DNA of 63,958 bases, filler included, from Deltaproteobacteria bacterium (GTDB lineage Bacteria; JAUYMQ01), in assembly GCA_030698575.1 (NCBI GenBank). It is 6 parts of 6 records of this genome, joined end to end, with 100 filler letters (N's around TTAATTAATTAA, not from the genome) between each part and the next. Parts side by side here need not be neighbours in the genome. Positions count along the whole stretch, not along the records: positions 1 to 11,182 come from JAUYMQ010000125.1; 5 more parts are not named here. The stretch is one strand, 5' to 3'. Position 1 is the first letter of the stretch, and the number at the start of each line of letters is the position of its first letter. Both the position numbers and the translations under genes were made by a program. A model generated the notes under the pieces. The model did not search any database and was not told the origin of the DNA. It saw only the letters and a program-made list of their open reading frames with translations. Shown piece after piece: positions 1 to 11,182 of the stretch.

Positions 1-1
1 G

Positions 2-1201
2 ATGTCCGGATCGGATTCGAAGGCAGGCGGCGGCGGGCGCTTCGCGCTGTCGGATCGGCTCTCGAAGCGCCCCCCCTATCTCTTCGCCGAGATCGACCGC
101 ATGAAGCGCGCGGCCCGGGCGAAGGGGGTCGACATCATCGATCTCGGTGTGGGCGATCCCGATCAGCCCACGCCGCCCCACATCGTGAAGAAGCTCCAGG
201 CGTCCTGCGCCGAGCCGCGCTACCACCGCTATCCATCCTACGAGGGGATGCTCCCCTTCCGCGAATCGGTCGCGGGGTGGTGCCAGCGGCGGTTCGGGGT
301 GAAGCTCGATGCCGCCAGTGAGGTGGTGTCGCTCATCGGATCGAAGGAGGGGATCGCGCACCTCCCGCTCGCTTTCGTGAACCCCGGCGACGCGACGCTG
401 GTCACCGATCCCGGCTACCCGGTCTATTCCATCGCCACGCTTTTTGCGGGCGGCGAGCCGGTCTCGGTGCCGCTGCGCGCCGAAAACGGCTTCCTCCCCG
501 ACCTCGACGCCATTCCGCCGAAAGTGCTCGACCGGGCGAAGATCCTCTTTCTCAACTACCCGAACAACCCCACCTCGGCGATCGCGGATCTGGCTTTCTA
601 CACCCGCGTGGCCGAGAAGGCGGCGCGGCACGGATTCCTCGTGGCCGCCGACTCGCCCTACTCCGAGATCACGTTCGATGGCTACCGGGCGCCGAGCTTC
701 CTCGAGGCGCCGGGTGCGAAGGAGGTGGGAGTCGAGTTCCACTCGCTTTCCAAGACCTACAACATGACGGGCTGGCGCTGCGGCTTCGCCGTGGGCAATC
801 CGCAGGTCATCGCCGGGCTGGGCAAGATCAAGACCAACGTCGACTCGGGGATCTTCGAAGCCATCCAGGTCGCGGGGATGGAGGCCCTCGAAGGCGATCA
901 GTCGTGCATCGAGGAGATGCGGAAGCTCTACGCCGAACGCCGCGACGTGTTCGTCGCGGGCCTCATGCAGGCGGGTATCGAGGTCAAGCCTCCGAAGGCG
1001 ACCTTCTACGTCTGGGCGCCGGTGCCGAAGGGATACGGGTCGGCGGACTTCGCCGCGCATCTTCTCGAGAAGTCGGGCATCGTCGCAACACCCGGCAACG
1101 GCTTCGGGCCCGCCGGCGAGGGGTACATCCGATTCTCGCTGACGGTGGACAAGGCGCGGCTGGCCGAGGCCGTCGCGCGAATCCAGAAGACGGGCTTCTG
1201 A
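2..1201 (+). CDS. dapL: LL-diaminopimelate aminotransferase (class I/II PLP aminotransferase)
   Basis: PPYLFAEID, DLGVGDPD, NYPNNPT, HSLSKTYNMTGWR (PLP lysine), GEGYIRFSL motifs. Confidence 0.85.
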   Translation: MSGSDSKAGGGGRFALSDRLSKRPPYLFAEIDRMKRAARAKGVDIIDLGVGDPDQPTPPHIVKKLQASCAEPRYHRYPSYEGMLPFRESVAGWCQRRFGVKLDAASEVVSLIGSKEGIAHLPLAFVNPGDATLVTDPGYPVYSIATLFAGGEPVSVPLRAENGFLPDLDAIPPKVLDRAKILFLNYPNNPTSAIADLAFYTRVAEKAARHGFLVAADSPYSEITFDGYRAPSFLEAPGAKEVGVEFHSLSKTYNMTGWRCGFAVGNPQVIAGLGKIKTNVDSGIFEAIQVAGMEALEGDQSCIEEMRKLYAERRDVFVAGLMQAGIEVKPPKATFYVWAPVPKGYGSADFAAHLLEKSGIVATPGNGFGPAGEGYIRFSLTVDKARLAEAVARIQKTGF

Positions 1202-1767
1202 TGCTCGCGATGGGGCCCTCCCTGAAGGCGGCGGCCGCGATGCTGTTCCTTTTTGCAGCCGCAGGCTGCGCTGCCGATCAGAACGGCCCCGCCGGAGCGA
1301 CCGCCGGCGCCCGGCCGCCGCTCATGTCGCACGCCGGGCCCGAAGGCTGGGAGCTGCGCATTCTTCACGAGCCGCCCCCCTATTGGCTCGTCGAGTATCT
1401 CGAGCCGGCGCTCCCCGGCGTGCCGGACGAGAGCCGCGGGCGCGTTCGCGTGGGGAAGGCCTGGCAGCAGGCGGGGCGATCGGTCGTGACCTCGCTTTGC
1501 GACGCACAGTGGCGCAGCGAGACCGTTCTGGCGCAGCCCGCCACCGGGCGCGAGCCCATCGAGGCCCGGCGGGGCGGCGTGGTTTACACGGGATGGGAGG
1601 CCCGGCGGGCGCTTCCCGACGGCTCGAAGCTCAAGTTGCGCGCGCTCTGCGGAAGCTCCGATGTCGGGACGGCGTTTTTCTTCCTGAGCGCGCCCGACGA
1701 GAGCGCCCTCTACGAACCAGTGTGGGAGCACCTGCTCGACTTCAACCTCGGTGCGGGCGATCGCTAG
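1201..1767 (+). CDS. putative lipoprotein
   Basis: ATG overlaps dapL stop (TGATG); hydrophobic signal ending in AAAGC lipobox. Confidence 0.6.
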   Translation: MLAMGPSLKAAAAMLFLFAAAGCAADQNGPAGATAGARPPLMSHAGPEGWELRILHEPPPYWLVEYLEPALPGVPDESRGRVRVGKAWQQAGRSVVTSLCDAQWRSETVLAQPATGREPIEARRGGVVYTGWEARRALPDGSKLKLRALCGSSDVGTAFFFLSAPDESALYEPVWEHLLDFNLGAGDR

Positions 1768-1776
1768 GAGGAGGAC

Positions 1777-2364
1777 TTGTTGATGCATTCTCGTTCAGCT
1801 CGCGCGGCGGCCGTGCTCGCCGTTCTGCCCTTGCTTCTGAGTGCGGCGCCGCCCCCGCTCGATCCCGATTTCCGGCCGGCTGCGCCCGCCGGATGGGTCG
1901 TGCAGGCGGGCGACGAGTCTGGCTATAGCTGGCTTCGCCTTTCGGTATCGGAAGATCTGGAAGGGGACGACTACCGCGACGCCGCGATCACGATCTACCG
2001 CATCCTCCCCCGGGTGAAGCCCGCCGAGGCGGGCGAGGCCCTCGTGCAGCTCAAGGCCGAGGAGCAGAAGGTCGGCGAACGCGAGGCTGTCGATCGCACG
2101 GTTGAAGAAGTTCGCTGGCGCGGGATGGCGGCTGCCTACGGGAGCGATGGCGACGTGAAGCGCCGCGAACTTTACCTCTACACCGACCACATCGAGGGGG
2201 CGCTCTACCTCCTCTGGGGCCGAGGGCCGGCCGAGGGATGGGCGGGCGACGAGGCGCTCCGCGAGGCGGTGCTCCGGCGGGTGTCGCTCATTCTCACCGG
2301 GAAGGAAGTGCGGGAGGCCCGCGCGTCCGGAGCCGCCGAGGCGAAAGCCGGTATGAGAAAATAA
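1777..2364 (+). CDS. hypothetical exported protein
   Basis: GGAGGAGG RBS, N-terminal hydrophobic signal, operon-packed. Confidence 0.6.
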   Translation: MLMHSRSARAAAVLAVLPLLLSAAPPPLDPDFRPAAPAGWVVQAGDESGYSWLRLSVSEDLEGDDYRDAAITIYRILPRVKPAEAGEALVQLKAEEQKVGEREAVDRTVEEVRWRGMAAAYGSDGDVKRRELYLYTDHIEGALYLLWGRGPAEGWAGDEALREAVLRRVSLILTGKEVREARASGAAEAKAGMRK

Positions 2365-2882
2365 TGCGCGCCTGGGTGGGGATCGGCTCAAACCTGGGCG
2401 ATCGCGTTTCCGCCTGCGCCGCCGCTGCGGTGGATCTGGGCGCGCTGCCCGGCACCCGGCTTCTCCGGCAATCGAGCCTTTACCTGACGGAGCCCGTGGG
2501 CATCGCGCCCTGTGAATGGTTCGTCAACGCGGTCGCCGAGATCGAGACCGATCTCGCCCCCGAGGCGCTGCTGGAGAGTCTGCTGGCGATCGAAGAACGC
2601 CTCGGCCGCCGGCGCGACGCTGGGCCGGCGCCCCGCACACTGGACCTCGACATCCTGGACGCAGGAGGGGAGCAACGGGCCGATCCCCGGCTCACCCTGC
2701 CCCATCCGCGCATGCACCTCCGGCGTTTCCAGCTTCTTCCGCTCGCCGAGATTGCGCCCGGCTGGCGGCATCCGCGGCTCGGCCAGACGGCGTCGGAGCT
2801 GCTCGGCGCGCTCGGAGACGGGGCGCGCGTGGTGCGCATAGCGCGCCTCGAACCCGCGCCAGGGAACGGAGTCCGGTCATGA
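2364..2882 (+). CDS. folK: 2-amino-4-hydroxy-6-hydroxymethyldihydropteridine diphosphokinase
   Basis: GIGSNLG, SSLYLTEP, FVNAV, PRTLDLDIL, LPHPRMHLRRF; TAATG overlap gives start at 2364. Confidence 0.93.
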   Translation: MRAWVGIGSNLGDRVSACAAAAVDLGALPGTRLLRQSSLYLTEPVGIAPCEWFVNAVAEIETDLAPEALLESLLAIEERLGRRRDAGPAPRTLDLDILDAGGEQRADPRLTLPHPRMHLRRFQLLPLAEIAPGWRHPRLGQTASELLGALGDGARVVRIARLEPAPGNGVRS

Positions 2883-3148
2883 GCCTTCTGCGTTTGGCCG
2901 CCATCGCACTGCTCGCCTATCTGGGCGTGCGCCTTCTGAGGCACCTCCTCCGGCTGGGGCCGCCGAAGCCCGATCCGATGAAGCGCGCCCGCACGATCGA
3001 GGGCGCCGACATGGTCAGGGACCCGGCTTGTGGCATCTATACGCCGCGTGACACGGCCGTCGAGGCCCGGGTGAAAGGCGAGACCGTTTACTTCTGCAGC
3101 GAGGCCTGCCGGGAAGCCCATGCAAGCGGAAAGACCACATCCCGTTGA
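2879..3148 (+). CDS. small membrane-anchored YHS/TRASH domain protein
   Basis: N-terminal TM segment; MVRDPACG...YFCSEAC; ATGA overlap with folK. Confidence 0.8.
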   Translation: MSLLRLAAIALLAYLGVRLLRHLLRLGPPKPDPMKRARTIEGADMVRDPACGIYTPRDTAVEARVKGETVYFCSEACREAHASGKTTSR

Positions 3149-3151
3149 GGA

Positions 3152-3226
3152 ATTCATGCTACGCATGAATGTGTTGAAAGGCGCGTCCCCGAAACGCTTG
3201 ACAGTGGCGAAGCGACTGCTGTAACT
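3152..3226 (+). promoter_or_regulatory. inverted repeat plus sigma70-like promoter upstream of transaldolase
   Basis: ATTCATGC-tac-GCATGAAT at 3152-3170; TTGACA at 3198-3203, 17 nt, GTAACT. Confidence 0.5.
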
Positions 3227-3327
3227 AGACGAAAAGACCGGCGCCCCGTACCCCCGGAGGCCATGGGCGCCCGCGGGACGCCTGGCCTATCGGGAGGCCT
3301 GGTCAAGGAAACCTCCAGGAGGAAGAG

Positions 3328-3978
3328 ATGAAGTTCTTCATCGACACGGCGAACATCAAGGAGATCCAGACCGCTACCGAGTGGGGGCTCATCGACGGCG
3401 TGACCACGAACCCCTCGCTCCTCGCGAGGGAGGGCGGAGACCCCATCGAGACCCTCCGCGAGATCACGAAGATCGTCGACGGGCCGGTGAACGCAGAGGT
3501 AGTGAGCCTCGAGGCGGAAGGGATGGTGCGCGAGGGGCTCGCCCACGCCAAGCTCGCCGACAACATCGTGATCAAGATCCCGATGACGATGGACGGCATG
3601 AAGGCCACGCGCCGCCTCACCTCCGAGGGGCTGCACGTGAACGTGACGCTCATCTTCTCGCCGCTGCAGGCTCTCATGGCGGCGAAGGCGGGCGCGACCT
3701 ACGTGAGCCCCTTCGTCGGGCGGCTCGACGACGTCTCGCACGAGGGGATGGATCTCATCCGCCAGATGGTCACGATCTACGACAATTACGGTTATGAGAC
3801 CGAGGTGCTGGTCGCCAGCGTCCGGGGCCCCCTGCATGTGCTCGAGGGAGCGCTTGCCGGCGCCCACATCGCGACCATCCCCTTCAAAGTGCTCGAGCAG
3901 CTCGCGAAGCACCCGCTCACCGACATCGGCATCCAGAAGTTCCTGGAGGACTGGGAGAAGCTCAAGAAGGGGAAGTAA
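3328..3978 (+). CDS. tal: transaldolase / fructose-6-phosphate aldolase (TalC/FSA family)
   Basis: [20 protein letters not shown] (Schiff-base Lys), [16 protein letters not shown]. Confidence 0.92.
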   Translation: MKFFIDTANIKEIQTATEWGLIDGVTTNPSLLAREGGDPIETLREITKIVDGPVNAEVVSLEAEGMVREGLAHAKLADNIVIKIPMTMDGMKATRRLTSEGLHVNVTLIFSPLQALMAAKAGATYVSPFVGRLDDVSHEGMDLIRQMVTIYDNYGYETEVLVASVRGPLHVLEGALAGAHIATIPFKVLEQLAKHPLTDIGIQKFLEDWEKLKKGK

Positions 3979-4002
3979 CCCCCGCCGGAAGCGAAGAAAG
4001 TG

Positions 4003-4037
4003 CGCCGCGTTCCCACCCGGGACGCGGCGTTTTCTTT
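4003..4037 (+). terminator. Rho-independent terminator
   Basis: CGCCGCGTTCCC / GGGACGCGGCG stem followed by TTTTCTTT after tal stop. Confidence 0.75.
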
Positions 4038-4062
4038 GTCCGGGGAGCCCTCTCCGCAGTAC

Positions 4063-4114
4063 TTGACAGCCCCCACGCCCTCGGGTAGGGTTTTTGTGAA
4101 TGAGCGGTCATTCA
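4063..4114 (+). promoter_or_regulatory. sigma70 promoter with FadR-type operator
   Basis: TTGACA-17nt-TAGGGT, then palindrome TGAATGA-gcgg-TCATTCA (4097-4114) resembling the Bacillus FadR/YsiA box. Confidence 0.8.
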
Positions 4115-4163
4115 GCGGCCGGGAGACACTCTCCCCGGACCGCCAAGAAGGCAGGCCCTCCCC

Positions 4164-4799
<636 letters not shown>

Positions 4800-4822
4800 G
4801 CGCCGCGAGAGGGATGTGAGCC

Positions 4823-5965
4823 ATGATTGATTTCACGCTGACCGACGAGCAGCTCGCCCTTCAGGAAACCGCCCGGCGTTTCGCGCAGACCGAGATGGCG
4901 CCGCAGGCAGCCCATTTCGATCAAACCGGCGAGTTTCCGGAGAAGATCATCAAGAAGGCCTGGGAGACGGGCCTCATCAACGAGGGGATTCCCGAAGAGT
5001 ACGGCGGTCCGGGCCTGAGTGTCCTCGACACCTGCATCCTCACCGAGGAGCTTGCGGCGGGATGCGCCGGCATGACCACCTCGATGATGGTCAACTCCCT
5101 CGGCCAGCTACCCATCCTGATCGGGGGGACGAAGGCGCAGATCGAGAAGCACATCGTCCCCTTCACGAAGGAGTTCCGCTACTGCTCCTTTGCCCTCACC
5201 GAGCCCTCCAGCGGCTCCGACGCCGCCACCATGCGGACCATCGCCAAGAAGGTCGGCGACAAGTACATCCTGAACGGGCGCAAGTGCTTCATCACCAACG
5301 GTGGGGTCGCGAACCTCTACTCCACCTTCGCCACCCTCGACCCGAGCAAGGGGCACAAGGCAATCTGCGCCTTCATCGTCGAGCGCGATTCGCCGGGCGT
5401 GTCCGCCGGGAAGAAAGAAGACAAGATGGGGCAGCGGGCCTCGAACACCACCGACGTGATCTTCGAGGACGCTGAGATTCCCGCCGAGAATCTTCTCGGC
5501 CGCGAGGGTGAGGGGTTCCCTATCGCGATGAAGACGCTCGACAAGTCGCGCCCCATGATCGGCGCGCTCGCGGTCGGCGTCGCGCGGGCGGCATTCGAGC
5601 ACGCCGTGCGCTATGCCAAGGAGCGCCAGGCTTTCGGGACGCCCATCGCAAGCTTCCAGGCGGTCCAGTTCATGCTGGCCGACATGGCAAAAGACATCGA
5701 GGCGGCACGCCTGCTCACCTACCAGGCCGCCTGGATGATCGATCAGGGCATGAACGCGGCCAAGTACTCGTCCTTCGCGAAGTGCTTCGCGTCGGACGCG
5801 GCCATGCGCGTCACCACCGACGCCGTGCAGATCTACGGCGGCTACGGTTACTCGAAGGAGTACCCGGTTGAGAAGCTGATGCGGGACGCCAAGCTTATCC
5901 AGATCTACGAGGGAACGAACCAGATCCAGCGCGTGGTCATGGCCCGCGAGATCCTGAAGGACTGA
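4823..5965 (+). CDS. acyl-CoA dehydrogenase
   Basis: ALTEPSSGSD, LNGRKCFITNG, KMGQRAS, QIYGGYGY, IYEGTNQIQR. Confidence 0.95.
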   Translation: MIDFTLTDEQLALQETARRFAQTEMAPQAAHFDQTGEFPEKIIKKAWETGLINEGIPEEYGGPGLSVLDTCILTEELAAGCAGMTTSMMVNSLGQLPILIGGTKAQIEKHIVPFTKEFRYCSFALTEPSSGSDAATMRTIAKKVGDKYILNGRKCFITNGGVANLYSTFATLDPSKGHKAICAFIVERDSPGVSAGKKEDKMGQRASNTTDVIFEDAEIPAENLLGREGEGFPIAMKTLDKSRPMIGALAVGVARAAFEHAVRYAKERQAFGTPIASFQAVQFMLADMAKDIEAARLLTYQAAWMIDQGMNAAKYSSFAKCFASDAAMRVTTDAVQIYGGYGYSKEYPVEKLMRDAKLIQIYEGTNQIQRVVMAREILKD

Positions 5966-6032
5966 CCCACGCGGTCGGCGTAACGGTCGACCGCTGACGG
6001 GTCCGGCCACGGCCGGCCCCCCGGAGGCTAAC

Positions 6033-6833
6033 GTGAAGATCATTGTCATCTTGAAGCAGGTTCCGGACTCCGAGACCAAGATCAAGGTCAAGGGGGACGG
6101 ATCGGGAATCGAAACGGACGGAATCAAGTACGTGATCAGCCCCTACGACGAGTACGCCGTCGAGGAAGCGCTGAAGCTCAAGGAGAAGGCGGGCGGCGAC
6201 AGCACGGTGACGGTCGTCTCGGCCGGGCCCGATCGCACGGTCGAGTCCATCCGGACGGCGCTGGCCATGGGAGCCGACGCCGCCGTCCATGTGAACGACC
6301 CGGCGCTCGAGGGTGCCGACAGCCTCGGCGTCGCCCGGGCGCTCGCGAAGGCTATACAGGACAACGGCTTCGACATCATCTTCGCCGGAAAGCAGGGCAT
6401 CGATCAGGACAACTCCCAGGTGCCCAGCGCCGTGGCCGAACTGCTCGACATTCCCCAGGTGAACATCATCGCGAAATTCGAGATCACCGAGGACAAGTCA
6501 AAGGCCACCGTGAGCCGGCGCATCGAGGGGGGCGAGGAGACCATCGAGACCTCGCTGCCCGCGCTCTTCGGCTGCGAGAAGGGACTCAACGAGCCGCGCT
6601 ACGCCTCGCTGCCGGGCATCATGAAGGCGAAGAAGAAGCCGGTGAAGACGGTGGACCTGGCCGGGCTCGGGCTCGACGCGGGCGAGGTCGGCGCCGCCGG
6701 CTCACACGTGAAGATCCTCAAGTGGATTCCGCTGCCGGAGCGCCAGGCCGGAAAGATCCTCCAGGGCATGGAGACCGCTGAGGCGTCCAAGGAGCTCGTG
6801 CGGCTCCTGCGGGAAGAGGCGAAAGTCATCTAA
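6033..6833 (+). CDS. etfB: electron transfer flavoprotein beta subunit
   Basis: KQVPD, PYDEYAVEEAL, GKQGIDQD, NEPRYASL. Confidence 0.95.
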   Translation: MKIIVILKQVPDSETKIKVKGDGSGIETDGIKYVISPYDEYAVEEALKLKEKAGGDSTVTVVSAGPDRTVESIRTALAMGADAAVHVNDPALEGADSLGVARALAKAIQDNGFDIIFAGKQGIDQDNSQVPSAVAELLDIPQVNIIAKFEITEDKSKATVSRRIEGGEETIETSLPALFGCEKGLNEPRYASLPGIMKAKKKPVKTVDLAGLGLDAGEVGAAGSHVKILKWIPLPERQAGKILQGMETAEASKELVRLLREEAKVI

Positions 6834-6904
6834 CTCAGGTTTTAGCCTGCGCGCGGCGGGGCGAATGGCCCCGGACCTCGCGCAAGCAGAGGAAGGAGAA
6901 GGCG

Positions 6905-7882
6905 ATGGCGAACGAAGTTCTGGTTCTCGCCGAGCAGCGCGAAGGGACCCTGAAGAAGATCTCACTGGAGCTCTTGTCCATCGGCGCCGAGCTGGCCGAG
7001 AAGACGGGCGCTGAACTGACCGCATTGGTGATCGGAAACGGCGCCGAGGCCCTCGCGAAGACGCTCGGCGAGGGGGGCGCGAAAAAGGTGTACGTCGCCG
7101 AGACGGCAGACAAGTACTACAACACCGAGTTCTACACCCAGGCGGTCGTCGATGCGGTGGGGCAGTCCCAGGCGGCCATCGTGCTGGGTGGCGCCACCTC
7201 GATGGGGCGCGATCTCCTGCCGCGAGCCGCGGCCCGTCTGGGCACGGGGCTCGGCACCGACTGCACCGAGCTTCGCATCGAGGACGGCAAGCTCGTCATG
7301 AGGCGCCCGGTCTACTCCGGCAAGGCCTACGTCGAGCTGACGGTGACGACCTCGCCGGCGATGGCGTCGGTCCGGCCGAATTCCTACGGCCAGGCCTCGC
7401 TCGACAGCTCGAAATCGGCCGAGGTGGTGAAGCTCGCGGTCAAGGACGTCACGCCTCGCGCGACAGTCAAGGAAACCATCAAGACAGCGGGTGACAAGCC
7501 GGATCTCACCGAGGCGGAGATCATCGTCTCGGGCGGCCGGGCCATGAAGGCCGCTGAGAACTTCAAGATCCTCCACGAGCTGGCGGACGTGATCGGCGCC
7601 ACCGTTGGTGCAAGCCGCGCGGCGGTCGACAGCGGCTACGCTCCCCACAGCATGCAGGTCGGGCAGACGGGCAAGGTCGTGAACCCGAAGCTCTACCTGG
7701 CCTTCGGGATCTCCGGGGCCATCCAGCACCTCGCCGGCATGCGGACCTCCAAGGTCATCGTGGCGATCAACAAGGACCCTGACGCCCCGATCTTCCAGAA
7801 GGCCGACTACGGCATCGTCGACGATCTTTACAAGGTCGTGCCGGCGTTGACCGAGGAGTTCAAGAAGCTGCTGGCCGAATAG
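6905..7882 (+). CDS. etfA: electron transfer flavoprotein alpha subunit
   Basis: [42 protein letters not shown]. Confidence 0.95.
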   Translation: MANEVLVLAEQREGTLKKISLELLSIGAELAEKTGAELTALVIGNGAEALAKTLGEGGAKKVYVAETADKYYNTEFYTQAVVDAVGQSQAAIVLGGATSMGRDLLPRAAARLGTGLGTDCTELRIEDGKLVMRRPVYSGKAYVELTVTTSPAMASVRPNSYGQASLDSSKSAEVVKLAVKDVTPRATVKETIKTAGDKPDLTEAEIIVSGGRAMKAAENFKILHELADVIGATVGASRAAVDSGYAPHSMQVGQTGKVVNPKLYLAFGISGAIQHLAGMRTSKVIVAINKDPDAPIFQKADYGIVDDLYKVVPALTEEFKKLLAE

Positions 7883-7926
7883 CGCGGAAGCGCCAGGCCG
7901 ACCGACGGGCGCATGAGGAGACGAGG

Positions 7927-9627
7927 ATGGGAGAGCAGCGCGAGAGCATGGAGGTGGACGTTCTGATAGTCGGGGGGGGACCGTCCGGTCTCGCGACCGC
8001 CTACCACCTCAAGCAGGCCGCGAAGCGCCACGACGAGGCGATCGAGAAAGCCGGCGTCGGCAAGAAGGTCGGCGAGCTCTCTATCGCGGTCATCGAGAAG
8101 GCGAGCGAGGTCGGCGCCCACATGATGTCGGGCGCGGTGATGGACCCCGTTGGAATCAACGAGCTGATGCCCGACTGGCTCGAGAGAGGCGCGCCGATCG
8201 AGAGCCCCGTCAAGAAGGAAGTCGTCTATCACCTCACCGAGAAGGGCGGCTTCAAGCTTCCCCTGGTGCCGCCTCCGCTCCAGAACCACGGCAACTACGT
8301 CATCAGCCTTTCGAAGTTCATCCGCTGGCTCGGTCCCATTGTCGAGGGCGAGGGGGTGGACATCTTCTGCGGCTTCCCGGGCACCGAGGTGCTCTACGAT
8401 GGCAACCGCGTGATCGGCGTCCGGACCGGCGACAAGGGGATCGGCCCCGATGGTTCGAAGCGCTCGAACTACGAGCCCGGGATCGACCTGATGGCCAAGG
8501 TCACGGTTTTCGCCGAAGGGGTGCGCGGGAACCTCGCCAAGCCCATGATCAAGAAGCTCGGGCTCGACGCGGGGAAGAACATCATGAGCTACGAGACGGG
8601 CGTGAAGGAGGTGTTCGAGGTCCCCGAGGGGCAGATCGAGCCCGGCTTCCTCATGCATACGTCGGGCTACCCGTCACGGAAGGACGCGACGGGCGGCTCC
8701 TGGCTGTATGGCATGCAGAACAACCTCGTCTCCGTCGGTTGGGTCGTCTACCTCGACTACCGCGATCCGCTGCTCGAGCCCCACACCGAGTACCAGAAGT
8801 TCAAGAACCACCCCATCGTCAAGAAGATGCTCGAAGGCGGCAAGCCGGTCTTCTACGGCGCCAAGGCGCTCGCCTCCGGCGGCTACTACGCCATGCCGCG
8901 GCTCTCCTTCGACGGCGGGCTCCTGGTGGGCGAGGACGGCGGGTTCCTCAACAACAAGCGACTCAAGGGCATTCATCTGGCCTTCAAGAGCGGGATGATG
9001 GCCGCCGAAACGATCATCGAGGCGCTCGAGAAGGGCGACGTGACGCGCGAGACGCTCGCTAACTACGAGAAACGATTCGAGCGGAGCTGGGCCGGCAAGG
9101 AGCTTTACGGCAGCCGCAACTTCACGGCCGCCATGAGCAAGGGCTTCCCCTTCCCGGCCGCCATCCATCTGGCCGCCCAGGAAGCCACGGGCGGGCGCGG
9201 GCTCATCGATCCGCTCCCCGTGGCGCACACCGATGCGCACGCGCTGGCTTCGCTCACCGAGTATTACAACGATGCGAACGCCATGCCGGAGCGCCCGAAG
9301 TACGACGGCAAGTGGATGCTCGACAAGGTGAGCGACGTCTACATCTCGGGGACGATCCACGAGGAGCAGCAACCTCCGCACCTCAAGATCGGCAACGCGG
9401 ACATCTGCCAGCAGTGCTGGGTCAAGTTCCGGAGCCCCTGCAACCGGTTCTGCCCGGCCGACGTCTACGAGATGGCGCTCGTGAACGAGCAGACGAAGGA
9501 GCGCGCCATGCAGATTCGCTTCTCGAACTGCGTGCACTGCAAGACCTGCGACATCAAGTGCCCCTTCGACAACATCACCTGGACACCGCCGGAAGGCGGT
9601 GGCGGGCCGAACTACACGGTGCAATAG
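7927..9627 (+). CDS. ETF-ubiquinone oxidoreductase
   Basis: GGGPSG FAD motif, KGIHLA, C-terminal FCPADVYE...NCVHCKTCDIK 4Fe-4S motif, PEGGGGPNY. Confidence 0.93.
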   Translation: MGEQRESMEVDVLIVGGGPSGLATAYHLKQAAKRHDEAIEKAGVGKKVGELSIAVIEKASEVGAHMMSGAVMDPVGINELMPDWLERGAPIESPVKKEVVYHLTEKGGFKLPLVPPPLQNHGNYVISLSKFIRWLGPIVEGEGVDIFCGFPGTEVLYDGNRVIGVRTGDKGIGPDGSKRSNYEPGIDLMAKVTVFAEGVRGNLAKPMIKKLGLDAGKNIMSYETGVKEVFEVPEGQIEPGFLMHTSGYPSRKDATGGSWLYGMQNNLVSVGWVVYLDYRDPLLEPHTEYQKFKNHPIVKKMLEGGKPVFYGAKALASGGYYAMPRLSFDGGLLVGEDGGFLNNKRLKGIHLAFKSGMMAAETIIEALEKGDVTRETLANYEKRFERSWAGKELYGSRNFTAAMSKGFPFPAAIHLAAQEATGGRGLIDPLPVAHTDAHALASLTEYYNDANAMPERPKYDGKWMLDKVSDVYISGTIHEEQQPPHLKIGNADICQQCWVKFRSPCNRFCPADVYEMALVNEQTKERAMQIRFSNCVHCKTCDIKCPFDNITWTPPEGGGGPNYTVQ

Positions 9628-9671
9628 TCCCGCGCCGTCCGGATGCGCGCCGCGCGCGGGAGGATCACCGG

Positions 9672-10550
9672 ATGAGCACCGGGAAGCCTGACGTCGGGAA
9701 GGAAGCCGCCGCGATCCGGGATCAGGGGTACGTTCTCATCCCGGATTTTCTCTCCCCCGGGCAGATGAGTTCCATCCGCGAGGCGCTGGCGCCTCATCTC
9801 CGGCGCGAGCACCTCGGCCGAAACAACTTCGAAGGGCACGAGACCGAGCGGGTCTATTCGCTCGTCGGCCTCGGCAAGCTTTTCGAGGATCTCGCCGAGG
9901 AGCCCCGCATCATGGCCCTCTGCGACGCCTTCCTCGAACCGAATTACCTTCTCACCGCGTCGCAGGCTATCTGCATCCATCCCGGCGAGTCTCCCCAGGC
10001 CTTCCATACCGACGACGCCTTCTACCGGATTCCACGCCCCCGCCCGGCCGTGAGCTTGAGCACCATCTACGCCATCGATCCCTTCACGGCGGAGAACGGC
10101 GCGACGCAGATCGTCCCGGGCAGCCACGCCTGGAGCGATCCGGAGCTCGAGAACATCCTGAAAGCGATCGACTTCGAAACGCGGGGACCGGAGGAACGGC
10201 GCCCGCGCCCGCCGGATCCAACGATAGAGGGGAAGATCGAGGGAAAAGTGATCGACGCGACGATGCCCGCCGGGTCGGTGATCGTCTTCCTCGGAACGTT
10301 TCTCCACCGGGGAGGCGCCAACCGGAGTACGGCGCCGCGGCTGGCGCTGTCGAACCAGTACTGCCAGCCCTGGGCGCGCCAGCAGGAGAACTACCTGATG
10401 TCCATCCCGCGCGAACGCGTGCGGCGCATGTCGCCGGGCGTCCAGTCGCTGCTCGGCTACAGCATCCACCCCCCCTTCATGGGGCACGTGAAGGGGGTGC
10501 ACCCCCGGCGTCTCCTGGAAGGCGGCGGGACAGGGAGAGAAATGAAATGA
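9672..10550 (+). CDS. phytanoyl-CoA dioxygenase (PhyH) family Fe/2OG oxygenase
   Basis: HTD...H facial triad, ENGAT.IVPGSH, HRGGANRS, RQQEN. Confidence 0.85.
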   Translation: MSTGKPDVGKEAAAIRDQGYVLIPDFLSPGQMSSIREALAPHLRREHLGRNNFEGHETERVYSLVGLGKLFEDLAEEPRIMALCDAFLEPNYLLTASQAICIHPGESPQAFHTDDAFYRIPRPRPAVSLSTIYAIDPFTAENGATQIVPGSHAWSDPELENILKAIDFETRGPEERRPRPPDPTIEGKIEGKVIDATMPAGSVIVFLGTFLHRGGANRSTAPRLALSNQYCQPWARQQENYLMSIPRERVRRMSPGVQSLLGYSIHPPFMGHVKGVHPRRLLEGGGTGREMK

Positions 10551-11116
10551 CGAGCAAGACGAGGGTTCTCGGACCGGTGCGGGACGACACGGCGCTCATC
10601 ATCGTGGACATGCAGGAACGGCTGCTCCCGGCCATGCCGGAGAAGCCGCGAAAGCAGATGCTGCGCAACGCGGGGATACTCATCGAAACGGCGAAGGCGC
10701 TGGGGCTCCCCATCCTCGTGAGCGAGCAGTACCCCAAAGGGCTTGGCCCCACGGTAGACGAGATTGCCGGCGCGATCGACAATTTCAAGCCGCTCGAAAA
10801 GATGGTCTTCAGCGCGGCGCGGGATGCGGGTTTTCGGCAGCGGCTCGATGAGGTCGGTCGATCGTCCTGTATCGTGACGGGTGTCGAGAACCACGTCTGC
10901 GTCCTGCAGACGGCCCTCGATCTGGCCGCGTCAGGCAAGAACGTCTATGTCGCCCGCGACGCCACCTGCTCGCGCACCGAAGAGAACTGGAAGGCCGGCT
11001 GCGCGCAGATGGCCGAAGGCGGAGTCCAGATCACGACGACCGAGATCCTCGTCTTCCAGCTTCTTGGCGAGGCCGGCACCGAGGCCTTCAAGAAAATCTC
11101 GAAGCTCGTCCGCTAG
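10547..11116 (+). CDS. isochorismatase-family hydrolase
   Basis: IVDMQERL, EQYPKGLG.T, GVENHVCVLQT. Confidence 0.9.
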   Translation: MTSKTRVLGPVRDDTALIIVDMQERLLPAMPEKPRKQMLRNAGILIETAKALGLPILVSEQYPKGLGPTVDEIAGAIDNFKPLEKMVFSAARDAGFRQRLDEVGRSSCIVTGVENHVCVLQTALDLAASGKNVYVARDATCSRTEENWKAGCAQMAEGGVQITTTEILVFQLLGEAGTEAFKKISKLVR

Positions 11117-11126
11117 ACGGCGCACA

Positions 11127-11165
11127 TGTCATAGCGAGGAGGGCCGCAGGCCCGACGAAGCAATC
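11127..11165. repeat. REP-like palindromic element
   Basis: TGTCATAGCGAGGAGGGCC-gca-GGCCCGACGAAGCAATC at contig end. Confidence 0.55.
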
Positions 11166-11182
11166 CCCTTGTCAGACGGGAT

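Noticed and set aside
3230-3325. GC-rich leader before transaldolase as a 6S RNA or riboswitch
   Set aside because: Too short for 6S, and no recognisable aptamer consensus.
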